From the human T2T-CHM13v2.0 reference genome, Homo sapiens, in the NCBI RefSeq assembly GCF_009914755.1, contig NC_060933.1: a stretch of DNA of 64,000 nt; one strand, 5' to 3'. The notes beneath the pieces were generated by a model that saw nothing but the letters and a program-made list of their open reading frames with translations, made no database searches and had not been told where the DNA came from. The translations under genes were made by a program, and so were the position numbers. Each line of letters begins with the position of its first letter. Position 1 is the stretch's first letter. This document shows positions 29,600-43,395 of this stretch, one piece after another.

Positions 29600-30173
29600 C
29601 TATTTGGGCTCTTTTGATAGTATTTCACTGGGTAAACTGTTGGCAGAAATAAACAAGGGATTTTGCAGCTTGGAAGAAGTTCAGCATTCTGGTGCCCCTG
29701 AATCCAATGACTCTTCTTTTCAGATACTTAGCATCATAGAAATCTGTCTTGTTTCTCCTTGGCAGGGGCTCTTTCTAGCTAGGGGAAAGTTGCTTGAATG
29801 TGTTTCAAGTGAGCACTGATTTCACAAGCTGATTTAATTCCTCCACTTAGAAGCAAATCAACCCATTAAAAGAAGAGTATTTTTTTTTCTCTCGATGATT
29901 ATTCTAGGATGTACAAAGCACATTTATGTTCATTTCCTATTAGAGTTCTATGGTTATCCTGAGAGGTTTTCCTGGTTGGGACTATAATTTCTACATTACA
30001 GACTGGGGACAGGGGGAAGAGGCCAAGAAGTAAGTGAAGCCAGTTGTGCAAAGATACATAGCTAATGTAAGGGACAGAAACCAAACCCTTGTCTTTGGCC
30101 CTAAATTCAGTGCCCTCTCCAGAGCTCCACTCTATTATTTTGTGGAAGAATGTTCTAAATCAAGCAGAAGCCT

Positions 30174-30315
30174 TAGGGTGACCATATATCCTGATTTGCC
30201 TGAGAAATTCAGATTTTCCCAGGATATGTTCCTTTTGTCTGGACATAATTTTTAATAGCACCACTATCATTTTCAAAGTGCTCTGGTTTGGATGATAAAT
30301 TATATAGTAACCCTA
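30174..30315 (-). mobile_element. MER94-like hAT-Blackjack MITE
   Basis: TIRs tagggtgaccata / tatagtaacccta; ggtttggatgataaattata is the reverse MER94 5' end. Confidence 0.8.
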
Positions 30316-31254
30316 AGACACTGGCTAGCAACTATATTTCAAGGAGCTCAGAATCTTTCAAAAGTCCTGCAACATGTAGACTTAATAGCAGCACAGTGTG
30401 ATAAGTGTTAAGATAGAAATCTTTATAAAATAGGCACCCACACAGGAGGTGGTATTTAGCTTTGCCTAGAAAAGTTGGGAAAATAGCACAGAAGAGCTGA
30501 TGCTAGAATTAGTAAAAAGGTGGACAAGGTGATCTCTTTTGGTTGGCCACATTGAGGTTTTTCCTTGTATTGTTCTGTGTTGAAATATCAAGAAACATGC
30601 ATAGGTCACACCTACTTAGAAGGCATCCTACTGCTAGCTTTGTGCTTCTGTTATCCTTGTCCTTGCAGCTAAGTGAGAATCATTGCAGCCGGCTGCAGCT
30701 TTAAATCATTCCAAACAGAAGCACTTGCTGTGGTCTAGATGACATGGGAGCTTGAGAATTCACTTGGTCTTTAACTAAAACTCCTAGGGTATCTGACAAG
30801 CCCTTAGAAGCCTATAGCATTAGACAGGAAGGGTTCTTGGTGTCTCAATAGTGTAACCTCTTTCTCTGCTCTGATGGTTGAGCCCAGTGTGGCAAGGAGA
30901 CTTATTCAAATTAACAGAGCAATTTGGTTTCAGAGCTGGAATTGAAGCCAATGTCCCTTGTAAATCAGTTCATGTTTTAAAGCAAAACTGAAATCCTCTT
31001 TGGAGTTAAACAACCCCCAGTTTGCCTCTGTGAAATTCTTTTGTGTCAAATAATGCACTCAGAACTTGGAAAGTGAATGCCTGAGTTGGAGACCCAGATC
31101 AGGTATTAACACACTGTGTGATCTTGGGCAAGTTATTAAAGATGTATGGAATCTCAGTTTCCTCATCTGGAAGAATAATATCTTCCACATGAAGTTTTTA
31201 TGAGGAATATTTCGAATAATGAAGGTGAAAGTGTTTGTGAACTTTTTATTACAG

Positions 31255-31657
31255 TATAGACACACAACACAAGGTCTACCTTCTTTATATATTTTAAATG
31301 TAAAGTACAATATTGTTAACTATAAGCACACTATTTTACAGCAGATTCCTATAACTTTTTCATGTTGCACAATTGAAACCACATACTCACTGAAAAGCAA
31401 CTCTCCATTTCCTCCTCCCCCGAGATCCTGGAAACCACCATTTTACTTTCTACTTCTATGAGCTTCCCTACTTTACATGCCATCTATAAGTCGAATCATG
31501 CAGTATTTGTCTTTCTGTGACTGGATTATTTCCCTTAACATGGTGGCCTCCACGTTTCCTATAACATGGTTATCTCCTTGAACATGGTTCATCCATGTTG
31601 TTGCAGATGACAGAATTTCCTTCTTTTTTTTTCAAGACTGAGTAATAGTCCATCGTG
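31255..31657 (-). mobile_element. L1M (MA/MB-type) 3' fragment ending ~125 bp before the 31783 exon
   Basis: atcatgcagtatttgtctttctgtgactggattatttc...gttcatccatgttgttgcagatgacagaatttccttc. Confidence 0.85.
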
Positions 31658-31782
31658 ACTAATGTGATGGGCTTGACAGTACCAATGGTTTTGGTGGTCT
31701 GACTCTGCAGCTGCTGATGATTGCTGAGGCCAAAGAACAAATATTTATTTATTCTCTCCCTTTCTATGTCAATCTTTTGCAG

Positions 31783-31976
31783 ATGAACCCAGCCGGTGCT
31801 ATTTCCATGATGGTGATGGGGTATGTGAGGAGTTTGAACAAAAAACCAGCATTAAGGACTGTGGTGTCTACACGCCCCAGGGATTCCTGGATCAGTGGGC
31901 ATCCAATGCTTCAGTATCTCATCAAGACCAGCAATGCCCAGGCTGGGTCATCATCGGACAGCCAGCAGCATCCCAG
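31783..31976 (+). CDS. PAPPA: PAPPA coding exon (probably exon 10), 194 nt, phase 1-0: [65 protein letters not shown]
   Basis: Acceptor tcttttgcAG at 31781-82, donor CAG|GTaaga at 31977. G|AT completes the Asp codon from the previous exon; contains an NAS sequon. Confidence 0.97.
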
Positions 31977-34082
31977 GTAAGATCCTAACCATGTGTGGCA
32001 TTTCCTGCAGACATTCAAAGTCTCCGCTATGCCCCACAAGGCTACTCACCTCTAAGGCAGTGTCATTGGCTATAGCCACTTGAGCATATCTTTATTAAAT
32101 GTACTGTTAGGGCTTCATGAATACCATTTGTAAAAGATTAGATCTGGAATTGTTAGGGCAGGGAACATTGTATGATAGGGTAATGACTGTCCTCCTATTT
32201 CCTTGCCTGTAATAACTAATATTTGGAGAAAGAACTCCATTTTGCATATATCATGTATTTCAATGAGGTAAGAATGAATTTATATTGGAAGTCCCACTTT
32301 TTAGGGGGCGCCAAGCTGTGTACTACTTGAATTAACAGTAATTATACAGTAATTTGCTATGTGGCCTTAGACTAGTTCTCCCACCTCTCTGGGCCCTATT
32401 TTTCGACTCATCCTTAAAATAAAGAGTAGTTGAGCTTGTTGATCTCCAAGGGCCTTCCCAATTCTAAGAAGCTGTGACTCATGCCTCAGTCCCCTAATGC
32501 ACTATTTATGTGCCACAGTTCTTCCCCAAGGGACTGACAGCTTAGTCCAGGGAGTGAGAGTTTTGGGGCCACTAGTGCTTGTATGATTCTAGAGATGGTC
32601 ATGCTGTCCCGAGAGCCCCCTTTCCAATTATCCTACCAAGGAAGCACCTGCCTTCCCCGAGACTCAAATTTCCCAGAGACACGACTCAGTGCTTCTGGCT
32701 GCCTGGCCTAGTGGCCTTTCAGAGACCAGCCTGCCTCCTGGCCTTGCAGATGAGCTGCTATTCCCAGGCATTCCTTTCCAATATTGCTTTCTTGATTTAG
32801 GTTTAGTCGGGTAGCCCTGGCTTCTAGATGAAAGAAAGATATGACCTTCCTCTGGGGTCAAGTGAAGAATCACTGGGTGAGGTACAGAATAGGACTACCT
32901 CATTTTTAGTTGTTGCCTGTATTTGATTATTTCTTCATTCACTTTTTGTCTATGTTTACATCACTAAAGCCTTTATTCATTTGCATTTATTTTTGAATGC
33001 CCTCAGGAGAGTGGAAACAAATGGTAACATGGCATTTCCTGATGCTTAACAATGTATAGTGCCAGCCTGCTGAATGAATGAATGAATGAATGAGTGCACA
33101 GATAGATGAATGGCTAGGGTTCATCCTCCCCCTGTGCCACGTCTGTACTTGGTGGAATCATCTGTGTGGTTGCATTTATCATACTGAACTCTGAAGTATC
33201 TATTTGTCTGTCTGGCTCCCCCATTAGGCTGCTGGTTCTTTGAGAACAAGTTTCAGTTTATTCATCTTTGTCCTCTCATGTTCAAGCAAAGGCTAGATAG
33301 GTGCCCAGCAAATGTGTGTTTAATTGACTGTAGATACACACACATACACATACATACATCCCATTGCCACATGCAAATGAACGACACTGACAGAAAACAC
33401 TCACGCATTGCCTCTCTATCACATAGAATGTCCTGCTTCAGAAACAACAGTGCTGGGGCCAGCAAGAGAACAAGGAATCCAAATTCAACACTAGCATCCA
33501 GTTCTTAGAAATGTTTTAAAAACAACCTTCAAACAAGAGAATTATTAACACACTCAGAACCTCCCATGAGGAAGAGTTGAGGTAGCAGCTGTGCTTAAAA
33601 ATCACCCAAATGTTATTGCGACTAATGTGAGAAAAGGAGAGAAAGAATTTTCCAGTCTTAGCATTTGAAAAGAAGCTTCATGGGGCAATTATTCCAATCT
33701 TGTAAGGGGGGGCTGTCAGGAATTACTGGTGATTATCTCTTCCTAAACAAAAATCCAATTTAAAAAATCATTATAAATACTAGCTCTTCGATCTACAAAG
33801 AGGAGATGAGGAAACAAAATCATCCTATTGAATTATTCATTGTAACCAATTTTATTTTAATGAAATCGACTAGGTTCCATTACTCTGGGCTTGGACATAA
33901 TCTTTGTTACAAGGAGATTTCAGCTGTAACTAAATTTGCCATAATGAGATCAGCTCACTGGAGAATACAGGGTCGGGGAGGGAATATGTGTGCAGGCTGG
34001 GTGCAGGGCCAGGAAGAGGGCAGCAGAACAAAAGTCTCCTGAATTCCTCATCTGAAAGCAAGTACCTAGAAGTCATTCACAA

Positions 34083-34159
34083 ACACACACACACACACAC
34101 CCTACCACCACCACACACAGAGGCACAGGCACACGCATACACAAGTACGTGGGCACACA

Positions 34160-34209
<50 letters not shown>

Positions 34210-34486
34210 GTCTGCATAATTAGAGGTAAAGGCTATTCCTGAAGTGTAAACGTACCTTCCTTCCAACAACAGAGAATGAGGAGGAAGTATAATTGTGCTC
34301 TTCATTACCTTGTACAGTGATTAGAAGAGATTGGTAGTTAATTTTCACCCTGTCAGGGCTTCCAGTGAAGATGTTGATAGCTTGAGAGGAGGAGCTGGGA
34401 GGCTCTTCGAAGTTGGGCTTAGGAAGAAGATGGGAATTGTATCATGTGCTTCTCACTTTCCCCCCAGATGCTCATACTCTCCCTCT

Positions 34487-34519
<33 letters not shown>

Positions 34520-34530
34520 TACATACACAA
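34083..34530. repeat. Cluster of (CA)n tracts including (AC)23 at 34161-34206 and a (CT)/(CA) tract near 34490
   Basis: Read directly. Confidence 0.95.
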
Positions 34531-36296
34531 ATTTACACACCAAAAGGCCCTGTAGGAGCATGGGAGTACCAAAGCAGATAGAAGAGAATAGCAGGAAAGA
34601 AATAGTAGTTATCAAGGTCCACCAGGCACTGGACACATGTATGCACATTACAGCCAATCCCCTTGTCATTCTTCAAGGTAGGAATTGTTGTCTACCTTGG
34701 AGAAACTGAGGAACACAGTGGCTTCACTATAAGTTACATGGTCCATAAGGGAAGAATCTAGGATTAGAAGAATCTCATGGAAGATGAATGACAGTGGGTC
34801 CTTGGGAACATGAGGTCACATTCAAAAGTTGGAAGTGGCTGGATTCCTGGAAAACTTCACTACAAAACAGGCAGAAAGACTCCTAGATGGATAGATCTCA
34901 GCATTGAGTGTCACTCTGCAGACCTCATGAGGTACTTCAGTTCTCCTTGAACAAACTTATAGTCACTGCCCATACCTTCAAATTCAGGCTGTTCCCATTC
35001 CCTGACAAGGTGGCCCTGTTCCATGATGCCCTGGAGTTCCCTAGGACACTCCATTAACTTAGGGAATGATGAAATAACCTAGTCATTCCCATTTCCTCTT
35101 TACAATTCAGTTTGGTCCCACTTTCTGTCTTTCCCTGATGCAATAAAAATGATAAATGCGAAGGTGTTTATTGGAGTTATGTGCCTAGTTCTGTGCTAGA
35201 GCCTGTGGAAGAAACCAAAGAACTGAAATACCCAGCCTCTGACCTAGTCACTGTACAAGAGTTAGGAGTGAGAATTCTATCAAAGGCACATTCTTATCAC
35301 AATAAGTCTGCAGGATCTCTATGACTACTGCAAAGAAACAACATGCATTGTGCTATATGGCTTGAGAATATTGATTAAAACTTCAGTTTTGATGTTGTAA
35401 AAGCCTGCCATATCTAATGGTTTCCAGTGTTTCTCGTTCATTCTTTTCAAACATGATTCCCAAATTTGGTTAGGGCAAAGCTAACCCTGAACATTGAGTC
35501 TCATATCCAAATCTTATCAGAAGTATCAAAACTTCCTGGTTGTGCAAATTGGGTTGAACATCCTATAATAAGAGACATTCTTTGGATATTTTGGCCATGC
35601 ACCTTCCTGGCCCAGCTGGAATCAAGAAGTTCCTGAGACAGAAAAAAATGGAAATTAACCGAAAAAATCAAGTTATCTCTCTTCTGGGAACCTCAGAACC
35701 TGGTTTGGTTTAAGTGCTTGCAAATATCTTGTATTGTTCTTATTTGGTCTCCATGTTTCACATTTCTCTAATGCTTTACACAAAAGGATGCCAAAATGAG
35801 ATGTTGATATTCCTTCCTTTTACCCCGGCCTCCAGCATTTCTACCAAAGTCTGTTTCCTCCTATCCAAACAGGCACCTCCCTCCTTTGCAGTGGCCTGAG
35901 GAGGAAATGGAAATACTAAGACTATCTGGAATTTACAGTGCTCTCCTAAGGGATTACAGACCTTCAGTCAACCAACCAATTTATTTCCTTAATCCTTTGA
36001 GGGTAAAACTTAGACTAAGCATTTCAAGGGGAGTAGTTTGAGGGCCAAAGTAAAGAAAACTTTTCAAAGAATGAGAACTATCCACAGTGAGATGGAGTGC
36101 CTTGTGATATAAGAAGTTCCCCAACATAAGGCATTCAGGCTGGACAGCTGACTGAACAGAAGATTCCTGCACTAGAAGGCAGGTGAGACCTAGGTATGCC
36201 TCTTTTCTTTGTAATTGATTCTCTGACTTTATGTCCCATTAACCCACGATTGGGTATATTAGTCCTTGGCCACTTCATTTTGAGTTGCTATTATCA

Positions 36297-36649
<353 letters not shown>

Positions 36650-37915
36650 AATACAAACCATACTATACCTTGTAATATAACAATTTATACATTAATTTAT
36701 TTATTCACTTGATTGAACAGAAATATATTTGAGTCCTGCACTGAGGAATGTGAGAGAGAGAGAGAGAGCATGGCCGTTAATGAGGTGAAGTAGAAATCAT
36801 GCAGATCTGGCTCTGCTCTCTTAAATTCCATTCTGACATGGAAACCTTGAGTAAGTTACTCTTCTGGGAATCTTAGTGTCCTGTAGAAAATGAGAATGAT
36901 AACATCTACCTGGTAGAAATTAAGATGAATGATATCTACCTGGTAGAAATGAAGGATGCAGAGAAAACACTCTGTGCTGGGTTTGTTAACTTGATGGGTA
37001 GTTCAAATGTTAATTCTCTGTCTTGTTCATGTCAGGTTTCCTTCTTTGCACTCCCCCCAAAGCTGGCTCTAGGGACCCACACAGAACAGAAGCTCAGTCA
37101 ACATTTTGTTGAATTAAACACAGTTGCGTCAGCAAACGTTTGCTGCATCCTCAGAACTGCAGCAGGCACTTTGAGAAGCTTCAGAGAAGTACTGGTTCTT
37201 TTTCTGCCTTCATAAAGCTTACCATGTCATCAGAAGGGTGTTTTCAACTAGAAATAGTAGCCAAAGACCCAAGAGTGAGAGTGTAAGATCTAGAGGGAGT
37301 TTCCCCGAGGAAGAAACCACACTGCTATCAGCTTACTCAGCCAGTAGTGATGAGAGCCAGTGTGTAAGATAGAAAAGTCCTTTGCCCACTTTCAGAAGAT
37401 CCTGGACAAATTATAAAAATAGCATTTATCAACTTCTTCCAGGCTTTCCACCAAATTTCACGAATCCTACTAAAGCTACTACAAAAATAGGAATCACTGT
37501 TTTCATTTTACAGATTAGGACACAAAGGCTCAGAGAGCAGAGTAACTTGCTTCAGGGCTCATCTCTATAAGGGGCAGAACCAAGATGCAGGCCACTGTGT
37601 TCATAATAGAAATACAGCTACAGGACCAGGCAGCTCAAGCCTGCTCCAATGACTGACACATGAGAACAAGCTAGAAGAGCTAGTGTCTTTTGCATCTTTT
37701 AATATGTGGTACGTATTTAAGGAACACCGGGAAAGTGGGCATTCCCTCTCTCTAATACCCAAAATACTGCCCTACAATTTTTGCCTGCTGCTAAGATCTC
37801 CATCTTTTGGCCCCCATTCTTTCACCCATTGCCCTTTCCAGAGAGTTTTCTAAAATGTGTGTATGGAAATAAGAGAGACACATAAGTGTTGTAAATTGCC
37901 AACCCTTGCATGTAA

Positions 37916-38419
<504 letters not shown>

Positions 38420-41400
38420 TGATGGCTGCCAAGTCTGAGGCAGGAGGGGAGAAGCCATTCATCTGTGTCTTCTTCATCCTTGTCTCCACAGCAAGGGACT
38501 AGATACCCACTAGGGTATTGTATGGATACAAGGATAAGAAATCTTTCCACGTACACTTATGATGCAGTGTAGGAAGTGCTCAGAGAGGCGGACTGAGAGG
38601 AGGTCAGGGAGAAGTGATTGCTGAGTTTCAACTAAGAGGATAAGCTGGAGGACAGGAGAGGGAGGACGGGAGAGGGAGGAAAGAATCACATAATGGGGGC
38701 TGCGAGGGGTATATCCAAAAAAAGGTAAATAATAGATGAAGGGGAAGTCAAGAGAGATGAGCTAGGAAACATGGTTAGGAAAATCCTGCCAATGCTTGGA
38801 ACTTGACATTATCCTGAGGGCAATGGGGAGTTTTTCTGAGTTTTTCAGCAGGGGGCTAACATGTTTGGATCATTGAAAGAAGAACATTGACAAGTGTTGA
38901 ACACTTCTTACATGCCAGGCCCTGTATTATTTTGCATAGATTTCAGAACAACCCTGCTGAGAATTCTTAATATTCCTCTCTCAAAATGAAGAAACTGAGT
39001 CTCAGGGAGATGAATCACCCCACCCATGGTACTCTTTCTTCTGTTTTCTTTTCTTATACCAGGATACTGGTATTGCATTAAAACAGCCTCACTTGGAAAT
39101 TCTGCATTGATAAGCAATTCTGCAATGCTAATTAGAGTGTGCTATTTGCAAAGGGCAGGAAGAAATCCTGTGCTCTATACCCAATGCCGAAGTCACTTCT
39201 AAGGGGCTCTCTGCCCCTTCCTTGCCTGCTCTGCCTGCTATGGCCTTCACCAAAGCATTCATCTCCTCTCATTAGTGAAATGAGAGAGCCTTTGCCAATG
39301 GTGGTGGAAGGAGGAAAGGCGAAGGGAACATGCTGAAATTTCAGAGACAATTCCAAGCAGTTTTCCCAAATACCCAAAGGATCTGCTTTCTCCTGGTGGT
39401 TTCTGAATAATTTTTCAAGAGCACGTGTGCAAGTCATCTAAGGAGACAGAACAGAAAGTACCATGGTCTAGTTCAGCCTGTCCCATGGTGTGGGGCACCA
39501 AAAAAATCCCTCCAGGAAAGTAAAAATCAGAGCCTGCCTCAGAAAGGAGCCCACTGAGTTGGTCACTATAACCACCCCCAAAACTTTCATGGAAACCTTG
39601 GACTGTGGGAGACTTTAAATCTACTGAATCTTATGGGGCCCCAGCAAAGAGATCTACTAGATTCTGCTCCTGGCTCTCTCTTCTATTCATCCTTTGGTCA
39701 TTTACCCTTTCAATATCTGTTCAAATCTACAAAAGTCTAGACACTCTGGCCCTAGGATTTGGACTGAAAAACTCTGAGTGACTGGAGCTTTATAAAAAAT
39801 GAGATCTAGGATCAGTTCAACCTGATTTTCAGTTCTAGAGTCCACCACTTACTAGCTGTGAGACTTTAAGTAAGTCAGTTCTCTTTGCCCCCACCCCAGT
39901 TTTTCATCTGTAATATAGGAGTAATAACATCTCCATGGCAGGTATTTGTCAAGGATGAGACAGTTGATCTAGAAATACAGTTTTCCTTCTGGTAGCAACC
40001 GACAAAGTTTTAAAGAAACACTTCTGTCTGCCTGTGAAGTTTTGGCAACTGAGGAACAAATCCAATTAGGAACAACATGTGGACTTTTTTTTTTTTTTTT
40101 TTTTCTAACAGAATAGTATTTGGGGCATAGAAATTTAACCAGAGAGAGACTTTGAGAGTCTCTTGGTCTTACTTCACTTAATTAAGACTTGGTTTTGATT
40201 AAACAACTTCCCTGAACCTCTCAATCCCATCCGTTATAAAATGATTCTGGTATTTGGATTCAAAATCAACAGAATCTTGTGAATCTTCTGGGTCCAAAGC
40301 ATCATTTTCAACATGAGGTTGAACAAAGCAACCACTGCTCTCAGGCAGTAAGTTATGTGCCATGGAGGAAGGAAGACACCAAAATAGCTTCTTTCGATAA
40401 GAAAAGACAAAGCTTGCAAAGTGCTGTGATATGTGGACAAATGGAATTAACCTTAGAGGTTAACCTTTGAGGAGGAAGGGCGAACCTGAATAAAGTGACA
40501 GGTTATGTAGAAAGTGATTTTTCTTTCCACTTGGGCATTTGGGGGAAGCTTTAAAAAACATTGTAGTGTAGCCATATTGTTTCACAGAGGAAGCATAAGC
40601 TTTAAAGCCAGAAAGACCTGACTTGGGTACTGTTTGTTACCAGCTGTCTGATGCCTGGCGAATGATTTCAGTTTTCTGAGCCTCAATTGTCCTCATCTTC
40701 ACATGATCCTGCTGTCATTCTGTGAGATGGTATGAGGATCCAATGAGCTAACATATATAAAGTGTATAATACGTGGCTACGTCTTGCGAGGCATCTAATT
40801 CTTGTCAGTTCACATCCCTACTAAACTACATTATCCCTGAGCAAATTGAATCTGGAGAAGGAACAAAAATGTGTAAGAGAGGAAAGCAAGGAAGGGATGG
40901 GTTTGGCATTTGTAGGCATACAACAAACACATATTGATTGATCAGGGAAGGTGCCACGTGGAACGGTGAGATCCTGCTTTGAATAGCGAGTCTTCATTTT
41001 TCAGTTGACACTTGACTCTTGACTTGAAGCCCAAGAATAAGCAAGGCTTTGTGGTTTGGGGCTGCATCTACTGGTTCTCCATGTAGACTAGATAAAACCC
41101 TGCCAACCCCTTCCATGGCCCATCTAGGAAGATTCCTTGGCCTCTGTCTTCCTTTTTCTTCCAAACCTGGCCTACCCCTATCTCATTACCTTCATTCTCC
41201 ACATCCTCTTTAGCTTCAGGACCAGAAACCTTTCTTTTATCCCTGTCATTTGTTCTGGCTCCCTTAAAACCCTTCTTTGTTCTTGTCTTTCATTTTCTTT
41301 TCTTTTCTTTCTTTCTTTTTTTTTTTTTTTTGTTATTGTTTTGTTTTAAGTGGGGTCACCAGCATTCAGCCAGCATGGCCTTTGCTGTGTAATTTAGTTT

Positions 41401-41827
41401 CATGTTCTGTACCCAAGAAACATGTAAAAAATGTAAACAGCGTTCACTCTCCTGGGCTGTAATGCACTTAGGAAGCAATAGCCAGTTGAGCTTGCTGAGC
41501 CTGCTGCTTTGGCGGTATTGAATTTTGTCCCTAAAACCACATACTCATTTCTCTAAGTCTGAAAGTAAACTTTCTCAAGCCAGGCCCAAAGGATGGGGTT
41601 TTGAGGGGAGTTAGAGTTTGGCTGTGCACAAGATTTTGTTTTTATTTTTGTACACACAAATGTGTTCATTTGTTTTTGTTTGTCTTTCAAGTCCCCTCGT
41701 CTCTACTCTCTATTCCTCCCCACTCTCTATTCCTTCCCATCCTTACTTTGATAAATTAGACTGGGTATGTTACCTGTAGAATGAGACCAGAAAGGGCCTT
41801 CTGCCTCCTCTTAAGAAACTCCAACCA

Positions 41828-42167
<340 letters not shown>

Positions 42168-42671
42168 TCAGCCAGATCCAAGCACCAGAGCACCCTGGGT
42201 ACATTTGTACATGTTTGTTTTCCAGGGAGAAATGGGCCCAGAGAGGCCCATGAGAGATGTCCCTGCTGAGAGGTTCCCTGTGCCAGGGCAGTCCAAAAAA
42301 GTTGTCCCTGGGGCTCCTGCCCACCCCAGAATCCTTTTCCAAACATGACTCATATGTGCAGGTGGTGAAAGGGGACACTTCGGTGATGTCTACATTTCTC
42401 TCCTTCCTGGAAGAGAGGCCCCTGGGGAAGTCACAGGTTTGGGAGAGATCTGGTCTACTGGCAAGATACTGCTTTCAGAGATGCAGATGCCACCTGGGTA
42501 ATGCCCATGTCTGCAGTGCAACTGACTGGTGGCAAGGGGTCCAGGAAGAGAATATCAATTTAAAGCAACGGGAAGGAGGAGATAAACTGACATGCACCAG
42601 GGAGCTACGGTCAGGGGTTTATGTTTCAGAGAGAGCAAAATTGTATCAGTGTTCACAGGCCAGGCTCCAGA

Positions 42672-42869
42672 CTATCTGTCCAGTAGAAACTTCCATGATG
42701 ATGAAAATGTTCTACATATGAATGTCCTGTTCAGTAGCCTCTAGCCACCTATGATATTAAGCCCTAGGAATGTGGTTCATGAAACTGAGGAACTAATTGG
42801 TTTAATTTTAATTCGTTAAATTTAAATAGCCTATTTGTGGGCATTGGGTTCCCCTACTGGACAGAGCAG
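42672..42869. mobile_element. MER3-like hAT-Charlie MITE
   Basis: ctgtccagtagaaacttccatgatgatgaaaatgttcta...aaactgaggaactaatt...ctactggacagagcag. Confidence 0.8.
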
Positions 42870-43084
42870 GTCTAGAGTACTTCACATGCCAGGGCTGCTA
42901 CTTGCATTGAGATCTCGAGCAACTTAATTAGCCTCTCTGTGCCTTAGTCCTCTCATCTGTAAAATTAAATAATTAAGGGGAGATGGTGAGAATTCCATGG
43001 GATAGCACGCTTAAAGCACTTAGGACAGTGCTTGGAATAGAGTAAGTACTACCTAAATTCATTCAGTTCTGTCATTGCATCGAA

Positions 43085-43086
<2 letters not shown>

Positions 43087-43118
<32 letters not shown>

Positions 43119-43395
43119 AGATGGAGTCTCACTCTTTCGCCAGGCTGGAGTATAGTGGTGCAATCTTGGCTCACTGCAGCCTCCACCTCCCAGGTTTTTC
43201 AAGCGTCCTGCCTCAACCTCCCAAGTAGCTGGGACTACAGGCACACACCACCACATCCAACTAATTTTTGTATTTTTAGTAGAGACAGGGTTTCACCATG
43301 TTGGCCAGGATGGTCTCGATCTCCTGATCTCGTGATCCACCTGCCTCAGCCTCCCAAAGTGCTGGGATTACAGGTGTGAGCCACCACACCCGGTC
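43087..43395 (-). mobile_element. AluSc-like with a ~31-T tail
   Basis: gagatggagtctcactctttcgccagg...ggatggtctcgatctcc...gagccaccacacccgg. Confidence 0.95.

Noticed and set aside
39024-39466. 18/21 inverted repeat (ccatggtact...) bracketing ~440 bp, resembling MITE termini
   Set aside because: No target-site duplication, partly low-complexity arms, and roughly at chance level for 64 kb.
42257-42721. 154-aa ORF, and likewise 7989..8402, 48490..48915 and 62800..63306
   Set aside because: No recognisable domain, partly overlapping MER3, MIR or poly-A sequence, and no supporting exon structure.
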